Assembly (NCBI GenBank): GCA_016930935.1
Contig: JAFGFT010000041.1
Location: 6,075 to 70,074 of the forward strand
Direction: 5' to 3'
DNA length: 64,000 nt
Origin: Dehalococcoidia bacterium
GTDB lineage: Bacteria > Chloroflexota > Dehalococcoidia > GIF9 > AB-539-J10
A program made the position numbers and the translations under genes. The notes beneath the pieces are model-generated. The model saw only the letters and a list, made by a program, of their open reading frames with translations. It was not told the origin of the DNA and searched no databases. Position 1 is the first letter of the stretch. Every line of letters starts with the position of its first letter. This document shows positions 27,831-38,270 of this stretch, piece after piece.

Positions 27831-29078
27831 ATGAAGAGTCTCACTCATATATGGCTTATCGCAGCGAAAGAGTTGAAGCTCTTCGTCACGGACCGCATGG
27901 CACTGGGCTTTTTCATCCTCTTCCCTTTTCTATTTGTGGCTCTTTTCAGTGTTGTGCTGGGAGATGTGGGCAGCGACGACGAAAGGATGGAGCTTCACAT
28001 AGTCACACAGGAAGACACAGACGGTCTCAGTCACCATATTGCCAGGGCCCTGGAAACTGACGACGAGGCTGAACTGGATGCAGGTGAACCGGTAATTATC
28101 TGGGATGAAGAATATGACGAAGCCTTTCAGGCAGTGGTCGACGGAAAGTCCGGCGGTTTCCTGGCTTTTCCCGAGGATTTCACGGACGGGATATCGCTGG
28201 GCTACGGCTCCAGCATCGAGGTCGTCAGTGACCCGGATGCCACCTATGACCGAGCCGCACTGAATTCGATAGCAGAGGCCATCGCGGCACAGATAGGCCT
28301 GCAGCAAGTGGTCCGGAGCGCCATCACCGGATTCACGCTTGAAGGATGGCTCGAATCCTCAGGAGACACGGACCGTATTGGGCAGGAGACGCCGACACTG
28401 CTTTCCATGCAAAGAGGCGTCCTCATGAGGCCGACTGTCATAGAGTATGAAGTGGAAGAGGTTGGAGAGGTGGAAGCTGAGGAATCGTCCACCTTCGTCA
28501 TCCCTGGCTACCTGGTCATGTTCGTATTCATGGCGGCTGCTTTTTCTGCGGAAACGATTGTCCGTGAGCGTCAGAACCGGACACTTGAACGGCTGCTTTC
28601 AACATCTGTAAGACGTGCGGCAATCCTTGCAGGGCTGTTCGCTGGTACGGCGACCAAGGGACTGATTCAGATTGCAGTGTTCTGGACTGTGGGGTTGGTG
28701 GTCTTCCGTATGAGCCTCGGAATTTCTCCCTTCGCGGTCGTGCTTCTGTCTGTCCTTATGGTGCTTATGTCTTCTGCTTTTGCCCTGATGCTGGCAACTA
28801 TGGCGCGAACCCAGCGAAGTGCAGGCTCCATAGCCAATGTGGTATCGCTCGTACTGGCGCCACTTGGCGGATGCTGGTGGCCTCTATTTATCACCCCACG
28901 ATGGATGCAGTTCATTGCCAAACTGACCCCTCATGGCTGGGCGACGACCGGGTTCAACAAGCTGTTGGTCTTCGGTTCCGATTTCAGCGCGGCGGTTCCT
29001 GAAATGCTGGCGCTAGTGGGCTTTGCCGTCTTGTTCGGTACTATTGCCGTGTTGCGTTTCCGCACAAGCGCGGTATAG
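27831..29078 (+). CDS. ABC-2 type transporter permease (second subunit)
   Basis: Same architecture as the preceding permease. It starts 9 nt after that gene. Confidence 0.8.
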   Translation: MKSLTHIWLIAAKELKLFVTDRMALGFFILFPFLFVALFSVVLGDVGSDDERMELHIVTQEDTDGLSHHIARALETDDEAELDAGEPVIIWDEEYDEAFQAVVDGKSGGFLAFPEDFTDGISLGYGSSIEVVSDPDATYDRAALNSIAEAIAAQIGLQQVVRSAITGFTLEGWLESSGDTDRIGQETPTLLSMQRGVLMRPTVIEYEVEEVGEVEAEESSTFVIPGYLVMFVFMAAAFSAETIVRERQNRTLERLLSTSVRRAAILAGLFAGTATKGLIQIAVFWTVGLVVFRMSLGISPFAVVLLSVLMVLMSSAFALMLATMARTQRSAGSIANVVSLVLAPLGGCWWPLFITPRWMQFIAKLTPHGWATTGFNKLLVFGSDFSAAVPEMLALVGFAVLFGTIAVLRFRTSAV

Positions 29079-29517
29079 ATTGGTCCACCGACCAATGTGG
29101 CTTCCAGTAAGTCAGGGCTGTGTCGCACGCACTATTGGGACGCGCACGCTCCGTGCATTTCGAGGTCACAAGGAACTGCTGTCGCGAGTTGCGCCAACCA
29201 TCACAACTCTGCGCGTTCACGCGGGAAGGGTATTGGAGTATGATTACGGCTGCTCATGTGGATTCCAGGCTGGATCGAGCGCGCCAATCCGATTCCCATC
29301 GCTGCAGTTCCTTCCAGTCTTGGAGAGTAATGCGAGCTACGGTAGTTCACATCCGTTGTTTGCCTTCCCCCACGCGTGGCTTTCTGCGTTGTCCAGAGGC
29401 GACGTCCTTGTGCTTGCCATGGCGAGGCTGCTACCGCCAGACGCCCCATGTACAGTCTATTGAGGTCTGCCGACTGCAGCACAGGGAATCTGGTTGTGCT
29501 GCCATGTGGTGCAGGGT

Positions 29518-30714
29518 ATGAGAATTCGTCATCTTGACCCGAACGGATGGCTACTAGTCGCTGCCTGTTTCGTCGTCACTCTCTGCATCGGAGAGGTGCT
29601 GTGGTCGTTCGGCGTGTTCTTCAAGTCTCTTGAGACGGAATTCGGCTGGAGTCGCGGACTCACTTCTTCAGGCTATACGGGACTCGTCATCGCCCAGGGC
29701 ATGTCAGCCATCATAGCAGGGAGACTCGCTGACAGGTACAAGCCGCGGCGGGTTCTTCTTGCAAGTGCTTGCATTGCCGGCCCCGCAATCATGGCGTGCA
29801 GTCAAATCACTACGCTGCCACAGTTGCAGCTCCTTCTGATTGTGACAGGCATCGGCGCAGGGGCCACCGTCTCCGTGCCCGTCTCGACCGTGCAGAAGTA
29901 CTTCAGCAACACTGCGCAGAGCAATATCGCGCTCGCGATAGTCGCATCCGGTATCGGAATGGGAGCCCTTGTGTTCGCACCTTTGTTGAATGCCGTGATC
30001 CACGCCTCTGGATGGAGGACCGCATTCATCACCGCTGGCTTGATATTCTCCGCTCTCGTTGGCAGCGCAGCACTGGTACTCAGGCCGACCGGAATGCAAT
30101 TACAGAAGCGCGGGAATCAGAGTGCTGCAGCTAACAGCCGAGTGCGAGACCTGATTATCACTCCGCAGTTCATGGGAGTGACAGGCGTATTCATGGTTGC
30201 CGTCTTCGCATTCCAGACTCTTTCGGTGCACCTGGTGCCATACGCGACTGATATCGGCATCAAGACCGGCGCAGCCGCTGTGGCACTTGGCATGGTAGGA
30301 GGACTCTCAGTGCCCGGCAGGCTTACATCCGGATTATTGTCTCAGAAGCTAGGATGGGGCAAGACGCTCGCTTTTTCGCTCGCAGGGTGCGGGCTGGCAA
30401 TTACGACGCTGCCAGCTATACACACGGAGTGGATGTTGTACTCGTTCGTCGCTTTCTACGGGTTCTGCCATGGTGTGAGAGCGGTGGCAACTTTCGGTAC
30501 CGTGGGGCGCCTGTTTGGTGGACGCTCCCTGGGCGAGTTGACCGGCATTCTCGTCGCGTGCTCAAACTTCGTGGGCGCCTTCGGCCCGTACGTTGCAGGG
30601 CGTGTATTCGACCTTACGGGAAGCTACGGGATAATGTTCACCTCGGTAGGCATCTTGCTCCTGGTGGTAGCACTGGCATCGCTGACGATTCAGTTTGAGA
30701 GTCGGGAAGCGTAG
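29518..30714 (+). CDS. MFS transporter
   Basis: About 12 TM. GRLADRYKPRRVLL loop motif. N-terminus resembles the MFS at 13780..15057 (FGVFFKSLETEFGWSRG). Start ATG 29518; the track start is 29494. Confidence 0.8.
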   Translation: MRIRHLDPNGWLLVAACFVVTLCIGEVLWSFGVFFKSLETEFGWSRGLTSSGYTGLVIAQGMSAIIAGRLADRYKPRRVLLASACIAGPAIMACSQITTLPQLQLLLIVTGIGAGATVSVPVSTVQKYFSNTAQSNIALAIVASGIGMGALVFAPLLNAVIHASGWRTAFITAGLIFSALVGSAALVLRPTGMQLQKRGNQSAAANSRVRDLIITPQFMGVTGVFMVAVFAFQTLSVHLVPYATDIGIKTGAAAVALGMVGGLSVPGRLTSGLLSQKLGWGKTLAFSLAGCGLAITTLPAIHTEWMLYSFVAFYGFCHGVRAVATFGTVGRLFGGRSLGELTGILVACSNFVGAFGPYVAGRVFDLTGSYGIMFTSVGILLLVVALASLTIQFESREA

Positions 30715-30867
30715 TAGCGAAGCGCCTGATGTTGCTCCGGCCAGGTAGCCTTGCTGCGTGTCTGACCGACTCTTTCCCAATGACTGTACGACACTCATGT
30801 CACCATGCAACATCCCGGACTTGCGGTGGACACCGGCGAGCCATCAACTCAGCGCTCTGCTCTGACC

Positions 30868-32259
30868 CTATTCCGCGGGCCCGCTGGGTGAACGCGGCAT
30901 GGCAAGAATTGCGGGAATTGTGGCCACCATCGCAATGGCCAGAACAACAAAGACGACGTGGAATCCCGCTGCGATGGTTCCCGACTGCTCCAGGGTAATC
31001 GTGGCGATGGTGATGCTCACGGCCGCACCGGCCTGGCGGGACATGCCTCGTATTCCGGTGATGGTCGCGATCCGCAAAGGCATCAGCTCTATGCATGCGT
31101 TGTTTGAGGCCGGTGCTGCTATCCCAACCCCTATGCCCATTAATAGCATCAGCAAAGAAAGCGACGTCGTGCTGTTGAGCCCTCGTGTCAAGGTTTCGAG
31201 CTGCGACGGTTCCAGGCTTAGAAGCGCCAGGCTGACAGCCGCAAGCGCAGTGCCGATGATTATCGGCCAGCGGTAGCCCACGCGCATGAGAAGCATACTG
31301 GTTATGAGAGAGGTTGCCATCATTCCGATGGCCCTGGGCACCATGATGATTCCACTCTGCAGATAGGACAGACCGTAGACGTTGATCGCAAAGAGTGGAA
31401 CGAGCGACATGACGCCTATGGCGCCGGCTCCATAGATGATGTTGTAGATGTTGGCCGCGAGGAATGGTGTTGCCTTCAGGATTGCCACATCCACTATCGG
31501 GTCTCTGGTTCTCCCTTCATGGCGCAGGAATACGAGTCCCAGCAGAAACGATGCGAGCAAAAGCACACCTATCAGCACCCACATCTGCGGAGTGTGGGCA
31601 TGACCAACCAGGCTTATGGCACCCATGAGGGACGAGAGACAGCCTGCAATCAATCCCGCGCCGACGAGGTCTATGCCACCCTCTTTTCTGCCACCAGAAG
31701 GCAGCAAGAGAGAGGCGAGCAGGAGGATGAGCAACCCAATGGGAACATTTACCCAGAAGATGGCTCTCCACCCGAATGAATGTATCAACCAACCGCCGAT
31801 AACAGGACCGGCTATCTGCCCGATGGGAAAGATGCTGCTGAAGAGGCCGATGGCGCGCTGCCTTGAGTGTGGAAACGCCTCAGCCACAATGCCCACGGCG
31901 GAAGGAAGGAAACCACCCGCTCCGAGGGCCTGGATCAAGCGAGAGACAATGAGGAGTCCGATATGGGGAGATAACGCGGCGAGTGTTGACCCTACTATGT
32001 AGAGGCCGAGGCACGCCAAGAATGTGCGCTTTCGGCCCACAATATCGCTGACCTTCCCGACTATCGGCATGCTCGCAGTGAGCATCAACTGGAAGATGGC
32101 AATCACCCAACCCACCGTCACGAGGGATACATTGAACGAAGTGCGAATCGCCTCCAGTCCGACAGCGATGGATGTGCCAGCAATTCCGGTCATCAGGAGA
32201 CCCATGCTGACGGTGGCGAAGACAAGATAGCGCGAACTGTTGTTGGGTCTTTCTTTCAT
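30868..32259 (-). CDS. MFS transporter, DHA2/EmrB-like (14 TM type)
   Basis: 463 aa. GKVSDIVGRKRTFL motif A and the length and topology typical of drug:H+ antiporter-2 proteins. Confidence 0.8.
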   Translation of the reverse strand: MKERPNNSSRYLVFATVSMGLLMTGIAGTSIAVGLEAIRTSFNVSLVTVGWVIAIFQLMLTASMPIVGKVSDIVGRKRTFLACLGLYIVGSTLAALSPHIGLLIVSRLIQALGAGGFLPSAVGIVAEAFPHSRQRAIGLFSSIFPIGQIAGPVIGGWLIHSFGWRAIFWVNVPIGLLILLLASLLLPSGGRKEGGIDLVGAGLIAGCLSSLMGAISLVGHAHTPQMWVLIGVLLLASFLLGLVFLRHEGRTRDPIVDVAILKATPFLAANIYNIIYGAGAIGVMSLVPLFAINVYGLSYLQSGIIMVPRAIGMMATSLITSMLLMRVGYRWPIIIGTALAAVSLALLSLEPSQLETLTRGLNSTTSLSLLMLLMGIGVGIAAPASNNACIELMPLRIATITGIRGMSRQAGAAVSITIATITLEQSGTIAAGFHVVFVVLAIAMVATIPAILAMPRSPSGPAE

Positions 32260-32449
32260 TGTGTTCGTGGTTCAATGAACGCCAGGCTCTATCGTACGGC
32301 GATGGTACTTCTTCGGAATCGACATTCTAGACCACGTAACTCGCAATGTCTCTGCGGCGTATGTGCAGGTTGAAATTCGCGGAGAGACGTGTCACATCGT
32401 GATGCTGGCAGACTTCTGTTGCCGTAACGGTGCGGTAGAATATCGGCAT

Positions 32450-33358
32450 ATGAAGGGACCCTGCTGGCGGCCATTATGTCACGTGTTTCAGTGCACAGTG
32501 GTGGTACTGCTCATCCTTCTCGCTTGCGCAGGGTGCTCGGCGCCAGCAGAAGAAGGTTTCGCTATCTATCTAACGAGGAGCGACGTACCTCCCGCACAGA
32601 TGCCAGCATTGAGCCATGTCGAGATTGCCGCAAATTCCGTCATCTCGACGGCCGACATTGTGGCGTACCATGCCGATACGCACGAGATAGACCTCACTAC
32701 GGATGCGTACAACAGAATCTGCAGTCTTCAAGTACCGGTCAACGGCCGGTCATTCATGGTGTGTGTGAATGGACAACCCATGTACTGGGGAGCATTCTGG
32801 GCTCCTATCTCCTCACTTTCATTCACCGGCGTCACTATACTGAAGCCGCTCGGCTCGCATGATTTGAATACGATCAGACTCGACTTGGGCTACCCTTCAG
32901 ATTCCTTCTTCGAGGGTGAGGATCCTAGAGACAACGCGGACGTTCTGGAATCGTTGGAGAGGGCGGGTAGATTGGCGATCCGCAGTCCGGCGACCGGCTA
33001 TGTCGTGGTGCCTCAAGCCTTGAAGGGATACGAACTCTATTCCTGGGTGGAAGGTGACCAATGGCACTTCACATTGATTACTGGCACGAATCGCAACAAG
33101 TCGATTGATGAGGTAACTGCAACCAGCATTGGAGTCAGGGAAGACGGCTTTGTCCAACTGCACATTGTGGGAATTGAGGCACTGAACTCCGTTCTTGGCT
33201 CACTCCCGACCGGCGAGTCCATCGCCTGGTTTGCCGCTCTGCAATGGGATGAAGCATCAGCGGACTATCCAGACATCGAGCTTCCTCCTCCGTCTCTGGT
33301 CGACGCCGTGAAAGCACATGCGGAGGCGCGTGGTTTGATTCTCTACGTGCAAGAGTGA
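32450..33358 (+). CDS. hypothetical secreted protein or lipoprotein
   Basis: MKGPCWRPLCHVFQCTVVVLLILLACAGCSAP is a signal peptide with a lipobox-like Cys. The mature part was not recognised. The track ORF starts at 32363. Confidence 0.6.
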   Translation: MKGPCWRPLCHVFQCTVVVLLILLACAGCSAPAEEGFAIYLTRSDVPPAQMPALSHVEIAANSVISTADIVAYHADTHEIDLTTDAYNRICSLQVPVNGRSFMVCVNGQPMYWGAFWAPISSLSFTGVTILKPLGSHDLNTIRLDLGYPSDSFFEGEDPRDNADVLESLERAGRLAIRSPATGYVVVPQALKGYELYSWVEGDQWHFTLITGTNRNKSIDEVTATSIGVREDGFVQLHIVGIEALNSVLGSLPTGESIAWFAALQWDEASADYPDIELPPPSLVDAVKAHAEARGLILYVQE

Positions 33359-33383
33359 ACCTGGAGGGCAGCGCTCAGCTAGT

Positions 33384-33557
33384 CTACTTGCTGTGCGGAT
33401 GCTTTCTGAGATACAGTCCGATGCCGAATAACAGTATGGCTCCGCCGAGCCACATCCATACAGTTGTGCCGGCGCCCATCAGGCCAGAGAAGAGAAATAC
33501 AGGGAGAAACACCACGGCAAGAATCATCATGATGGTGCCAATCAACGGTCTTCCCAT
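33384..33557 (-). CDS. small membrane protein (57 aa, 2 TM)
   Basis: Not in the ORF track (all listed entries are 60 aa or longer). ATG 33557 lies 11 nt after AGGAG. Translation: MGRPLIGTIMMILAVVFLPVFLFSGLMGAGTTVWMWLGGAILLFGIGLYLRKHPHSK. Confidence 0.45.
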   Translation of the reverse strand: MGRPLIGTIMMILAVVFLPVFLFSGLMGAGTTVWMWLGGAILLFGIGLYLRKHPHSK

Positions 33558-33852
33558 AGCCAGTTGCTCCTATCCTGCCACGCGTTGCTGGAAACACGAT
33601 ACGCGATGCACCGACTTTCTGGCAAGCGCAGTTGTGATTGGCGCTGCGCCGATGAGCCATCCACGTGCGGCATTTTCCCCGTACCATTAGCATCCCTGCA
33701 CCCATGGATACAAGAATGTTGTCACTCACAGCGTTGTTCTCTCTCACCCATGGTGCCCGAGAGGCCATTGAGTGAAGGTTCTCCAATTCGGTCGCCAGAA
33801 CACACAGCAATGGACTGTATAATCAATGTGCTGTCCGAGAGGAGACCATTGA

Positions 33853-34479
33853 ATGTCGATTGAGCTGTGGCTTGCTTTTGTCGCCGCGTCTGCGGTCGTT
33901 CTCATCATCCCGGGACCAACCGTTCTTACCGTCTTGAGCTACTCCATAGCCAATGGACGACGCGCGAGTGCTCCTGTAGTTGCGGGCGTGACACTGGGTG
34001 ATTCAACCGCTCTTTTTGTCTCACTCGTTGGTTTGGGGGCGCTGCTTGCAGCTTCGGCTGCACTTTTCGCTGTCATCAAGCTGGTTGGTGGAGCGTACCT
34101 TCTGTATCTTGGAATCCGCATGTTGCGGGCAGGAATCGCAAGAACAGAATCGGCTGCACGGTCCGTTCCGTACTCCCGGGGGAGACTGTTCTTCAACACA
34201 TATCTCGTTACGGCACTCAACCCGAAGAGCATCATGTTCTTCGTGGCGTTCCTGCCACAGTTCGTCAACTACGCGTCCAACGTGACGCAACAGCTCTGGG
34301 TCCTGGCCATTACCTTCGTGTCCATGGCGACTCTCAACGCAAGTGTGTATTCATTCTTTGCGGCAGCGGCCAACAGATTGCTTGCCTCTTCAAGGGCGCA
34401 GAGAAGGCTCAATCTGGCGGGTGGTTCGTTGCTTTCTGTCGCCGGCGTATGGGCGCTTCTCGCACGGCATACCACGTGA
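33853..34479 (+). CDS. LysE/RhtB family amino-acid exporter
   Basis: WLAFVAASAVVLIIPGPTVLTVLSYSIANGRRA is the typical LysE N-terminus. 208 aa. GAGGAG lies upstream. Confidence 0.85.
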   Translation: MSIELWLAFVAASAVVLIIPGPTVLTVLSYSIANGRRASAPVVAGVTLGDSTALFVSLVGLGALLAASAALFAVIKLVGGAYLLYLGIRMLRAGIARTESAARSVPYSRGRLFFNTYLVTALNPKSIMFFVAFLPQFVNYASNVTQQLWVLAITFVSMATLNASVYSFFAAAANRLLASSRAQRRLNLAGGSLLSVAGVWALLARHTT

Positions 34480-34794
34480 GGTTGTTCGACTGCCGGACGC
34501 AAGTAGCGACGTTTGACTGTCACGTCTTTCCCGCTGCGTTGCACCCTGCACAGCCGCAAGCATGCTCCTCAAGGAAGCAACAAGCCGTGAACAACCACCG
34601 TCATCGTAAGTCCTGAGGCAGGTCGCGGTTCTTGCTGAGGGAATCCTCAATCCAGGTCTAGCCGAACCCTTGCCGACGCAGTCTCACGACGTTATGCAGT
34701 AGCGACGTCTTCTGAGGCCAACCGCGCTGTGGATAGAACGAAAACTCCCGCTGGCTTCACATACCATGGACAAGGATTGCCTGCACGAAGAGCC

Positions 34795-37431
34795 TCATGC
34801 GCCGGTGGAGCCTTCTTCAACACCTTTGGTCTCCAGTGGGGGAGCGTCTTGAGCGGCGGTCGTGAAGGTGAGACTGCCGTCTGCGCCACCCACCATGATC
34901 GTGTCACCATCACGGAAGTTCCCCTGCAGCACCATTACGGCAAGTGGGTCCAGTACAAGACGCTGAATGGTGCGCTTGAGGGGACGCGCTCCGTAGGCGG
35001 GGTCGTACCCCTCTTTCACCAGTATGTCACGGGCAGCATCATCAAGCAGTACGTCGATTCTGCGTTCCGCCAGCCGCTTCTTGAGGGCGGCAAATTGCAG
35101 GTCGACGATACGCCGTATGTCCGCTTCGCTGAGCTGATGGAAGATAGTGACCTCATCGACACGGTTCAAGAACTCCGGTCGGAAGTTCGCCCTGAGGGCA
35201 TCCATCACCCGCTCTTCCATCTCCTCTTCCTGGCCAGCTTGCATATCTACCATCCACTGGCTCCCCAGGTTACTGGTCATGATGAGCACTGTATTCTTGA
35301 ACCCAACGGTCCTGCCCTGGCCATCAGTCAGGCGGCCATCATCCAGGATCTGCAATAACACATTGAACACATCGGGATGAGCCTTCTCGATTTCATCGAG
35401 GAGCACCACAGAATAGGGCTTGCGACGGACTGCCTCGGTGAGTTGTCCCCCTTCTTCGTAGCCAACATATCCTGGGGGTGCGCCGATGAGTCGAGACACT
35501 GTGTGTTTCTCCATGTACTCGGACATGTCCAGCCGTATCATTGAGCGCTCATCGTCGAAGAGGAACTGCGCCAGAGCGCGGGCCAGTTCGGTCTTGCCGA
35601 CACCTGTTGGACCAAGGAAGATGAAGCTGCCAAGGGGGCGATTGGGGTCCTGCAGGCCGGCGCGTGCACGCCGGACGGCGTTTGCCACGGCGCGGATTGC
35701 CTCATCCTGTCCAACGATTCTGTCATGCAGTCGGTCCTCCATCAGCAGAAGTTTCTGTATCTCTCCTTCGAGCAGTCTGCTCATAGGGATGCCGGTCCAC
35801 CTGGCCACCACTTCCGCGATGTCTTCTTCGTCGACCTCTTCCTTGAGCAGTTGCTCACCCTTCGCGGATGAGAGTTGCGTTTCTCTCTGCTTGAGGTCCT
35901 TTTCAAGTTCAACAAGCGTTCCGTACTTGAGTTGTGCGGCGCGCTCCAGATTCCCTGAGCGTTCCGCACGGTCTACATCAGCCCGAACCTGCTCCAATTG
36001 CTCCTTCAGTTGCTGAAGAGACTGTATCTCGTTCTTTTCGCGCTCCCATTGTGCCCGCAGACCACTGGCCTTCTCGCGCAGATTCGCCAATTCCTTCTCC
36101 ATTTGCGCCAGACGGTCGCGGGATGCCTGATCCTTTTCTTTCCTCAGCGCTTCCTTCTCCACCTCCAACTGTGTCAGGCGTCTCTGAACTTCATCCAGCT
36201 CTGCCGGCACGCTATCTATCTCGGTGCGGAGCTTGGCCGCTGCCTCATCCACAAGGTCAATCGCTTTGTCCGGAAGGAATCTGTCGCTGATATACCGATT
36301 GGACAATACTGCCGCGGCCACCATTGCAGAATCCTTAATGCGGACTCCGTGATGTACCTCGTAACGTTCCCTGAGCCCTCTCAGGATGGAGATTGTGTCT
36401 TCCACTGAAGGTTCACCGACCAGCACTGGCTGAAAGCGACGTTCGAGTGCGGCGTCCTTCTCGATGTATTTGCGGTACTCGCTGAGCGTGGTTGCACCGA
36501 TGCAGTGGAGTTCCCCTCTCGCAAGCAACGGCTTCAACATATTGGACGCATCCATCGACCCTTCGGCAGCACCTGCTCCGACCACAGTGTGCAACTCATC
36601 TATGAACAGAATCGTGTTGCCTTGAGACTGCTGGACTTCTTTCAGGACAGCTTTCAGTCTCTCTTCAAATTCTCCCCGGTACTTGGCGCCAGCCACCAGA
36701 GCACCCATGTCGAGCGCAACAATACGCTTGCTCTTCAGTCCCTCAGGAACATCTCCTCGTATGATGCGCTGTGCCAGTCCTTCAGCGATTGCAGTCTTTC
36801 CCACACCCGGCTCCCCCATTAGCACGGGGTTGTTCTTGGTCCTTCGGGAGAGGACCTGGATTGTGCGGCGTATCTCCTCGTCTCGACCGATAACCGGGTC
36901 CAATTTGCCTCTGCGTGCAGCGTCTGTCAGGTCTCGCCCATACTTCTCCAGCGCCTCGTACTTCTCCTCTGGGTTCTGGTCCGTCACGCGCTGGCTCCCA
37001 CGTATACCCGCCAGCACCTCCATGATCCGGTCTTTCGTTATCCCATTCTCACGGAGAAGCACGGCAGCCTTGGCTGCAGATTTGTCCGTCATGGCAAGGA
37101 GAAGATGCTCAGTACTTGTGTACTCGTCTTTGAAGGCAGCCGCCTCCTTCTCGCCAAGGTCAAGTATTCCTTGTAGCGCACGGGACAGGTAGACTTGAGT
37201 TACACCCTGAGCCGTGGGGAATGAATCCAGCATGCTCTGGAGTGGTACGGCGATTGTGCGTGGTGCGAGTCCGAGGTGCTTGAGTATCTGTGGCACAACC
37301 CCAGCCTCTTGCTGCACAAGGGTGAGTAGCAGATGCTCAGGTTCGACTTGAGTATGACGACGTTCTTCAGCCTCGTGCTGGGCTGCAAGCAACGCTTCGC
37401 GGGCCTTCTCTGTAAGCCGGTTGACATCCAT
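34795..37431 (-). CDS. clpB: ATP-dependent chaperone ClpB
   Basis: [18 protein letters not shown] Clp N-domain. Two AAA modules ([20 protein letters not shown]) separated by the long coiled-coil M-domain. Start ATG 37431; the track start 37536 is over-extended. Confidence 0.95.
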   Translation of the reverse strand: MDVNRLTEKAREALLAAQHEAEERRHTQVEPEHLLLTLVQQEAGVVPQILKHLGLAPRTIAVPLQSMLDSFPTAQGVTQVYLSRALQGILDLGEKEAAAFKDEYTSTEHLLLAMTDKSAAKAAVLLRENGITKDRIMEVLAGIRGSQRVTDQNPEEKYEALEKYGRDLTDAARRGKLDPVIGRDEEIRRTIQVLSRRTKNNPVLMGEPGVGKTAIAEGLAQRIIRGDVPEGLKSKRIVALDMGALVAGAKYRGEFEERLKAVLKEVQQSQGNTILFIDELHTVVGAGAAEGSMDASNMLKPLLARGELHCIGATTLSEYRKYIEKDAALERRFQPVLVGEPSVEDTISILRGLRERYEVHHGVRIKDSAMVAAAVLSNRYISDRFLPDKAIDLVDEAAAKLRTEIDSVPAELDEVQRRLTQLEVEKEALRKEKDQASRDRLAQMEKELANLREKASGLRAQWEREKNEIQSLQQLKEQLEQVRADVDRAERSGNLERAAQLKYGTLVELEKDLKQRETQLSSAKGEQLLKEEVDEEDIAEVVARWTGIPMSRLLEGEIQKLLLMEDRLHDRIVGQDEAIRAVANAVRRARAGLQDPNRPLGSFIFLGPTGVGKTELARALAQFLFDDERSMIRLDMSEYMEKHTVSRLIGAPPGYVGYEEGGQLTEAVRRKPYSVVLLDEIEKAHPDVFNVLLQILDDGRLTDGQGRTVGFKNTVLIMTSNLGSQWMVDMQAGQEEEMEERVMDALRANFRPEFLNRVDEVTIFHQLSEADIRRIVDLQFAALKKRLAERRIDVLLDDAARDILVKEGYDPAYGARPLKRTIQRLVLDPLAVMVLQGNFRDGDTIMVGGADGSLTFTTAAQDAPPLETKGVEEGSTGA

Positions 37432-37786
37432 ATTTCTCTCCTGCAATCCACATTCCGTGGGAGGAATTGTCGTGTGACATTCTAGCAAACAGTACGGCAA
37501 ATCGGTCAGGCATGATTCAAGGCCGTACCGCATCAATTAACGGCGGCCACGGCGCCTGCGGAGTTTCTTATAACGCAGGCGACAGTAGTCACAGCGCGCA
37601 TCGCTGGACATTCGCTCGATTCACACTCGGAGCAGTAACCAATCCGGCGAGAATCCCTGATTTGAAGCATTCATCTCTACGCCGTATGACAGTCGTGCGC
37701 AGTGCGTGCCATGGATTCGATGATATGTTCGCGTTATCATGCTATCTGAATGACACGGAAATGCATCATACACGGGGGAGAGTTCT

Positions 37787-38221
37787 ATGAGCGCAAGATT
37801 GAAGGTTCTGTTCTTGTGTACCGGAAATTCCTGCCGGAGCCAGATGGCGGAGGGGTGGACCCGTCACCTCAAAGATGAATACGTTGAAGCATACTCTGCC
37901 GGCGTCGAGGCAAAATCACTCGATCCGAACGCAGTTGCGGTGATGGCCGAGGTTGGGGTTGATATCTCGGCGCAATATGCCAAACACGTCAGCGAAATAA
38001 TGGACATTCCGTACGACTACGTTGTGACCGTATGCTCACACGCTCGTGAAACCTGCCCGTTCTTTCCGGGAGATGTGAAACGCCTGCACGCGGAGTTCGA
38101 CGACCCTCCTTTTCTCACCAGGAACATGCATGATGGCGAGGAGAAGCTGGAGGTCTACCGTCGAGTCAGGGACGAGATTCGCGTGTTCGTTGAGGGCATG
38201 CCGGGTAATTTGTCACTCTAG
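37787..38221 (+). CDS. arsC: arsenate reductase, thioredoxin-coupled LMW-PTPase type
   Basis: VLFLCTGNSCRSQMAEG is the CX5R P-loop, and VVTVCSHARETCPFFPG holds the downstream Cys pair. Confidence 0.85.
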   Translation: MSARLKVLFLCTGNSCRSQMAEGWTRHLKDEYVEAYSAGVEAKSLDPNAVAVMAEVGVDISAQYAKHVSEIMDIPYDYVVTVCSHARETCPFFPGDVKRLHAEFDDPPFLTRNMHDGEEKLEVYRRVRDEIRVFVEGMPGNLSL

Positions 38222-38270
38222 CAGGGCAGTTGATGTGAGTTCGCGTGCTCGAACGGTCCAGATCGCACAG

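Noticed and set aside
29079-29096. Hairpin ATTGGTC-cacc-GACCAAT lies right after the second ABC-2 permease stop.
   Set aside because: It has only 7 bp, is AT-containing, and has no U-tract. It is too weak to call a terminator.
34499-34712. The 11-mer AGTAGCGACGT occurs twice (34502 and 34698), with ACGTCTT-type flanks, in the convergent LysE/ClpB intergenic region.
   Set aside because: The match is short, the flanks are only loosely similar and permuted, and no hairpin or U-tract is associated. It is noted but too weak to call a repeat element.
35486-36016. Long antisense or out-of-frame ORFs lie inside strong genes. Examples: 35486..36016 and 36683..37192 in clpB; 52058..52735 in aroF; 60160..60705 in the ATPase gene; 48030..48521 opposite the K/A/E-rich gene; 4296..5105 opposite the oxidoreductase; 8525..9274 opposite the GMC gene.
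   Set aside because: These are shadow ORFs typical of GC-rich DNA. Their translations are Arg/Ser/Pro-rich with no motifs, and the opposite or alternative frame carries clear family signatures.
37720-37740. Inverted repeat ATGATA-9 nt-TATCAT lies upstream of arsC; it could be an ArsR-type operator.
   Set aside because: It has 6 bp AT-rich arms only, no ArsR gene is in the window, and it overlaps -10-like sequence. Chance cannot be excluded.
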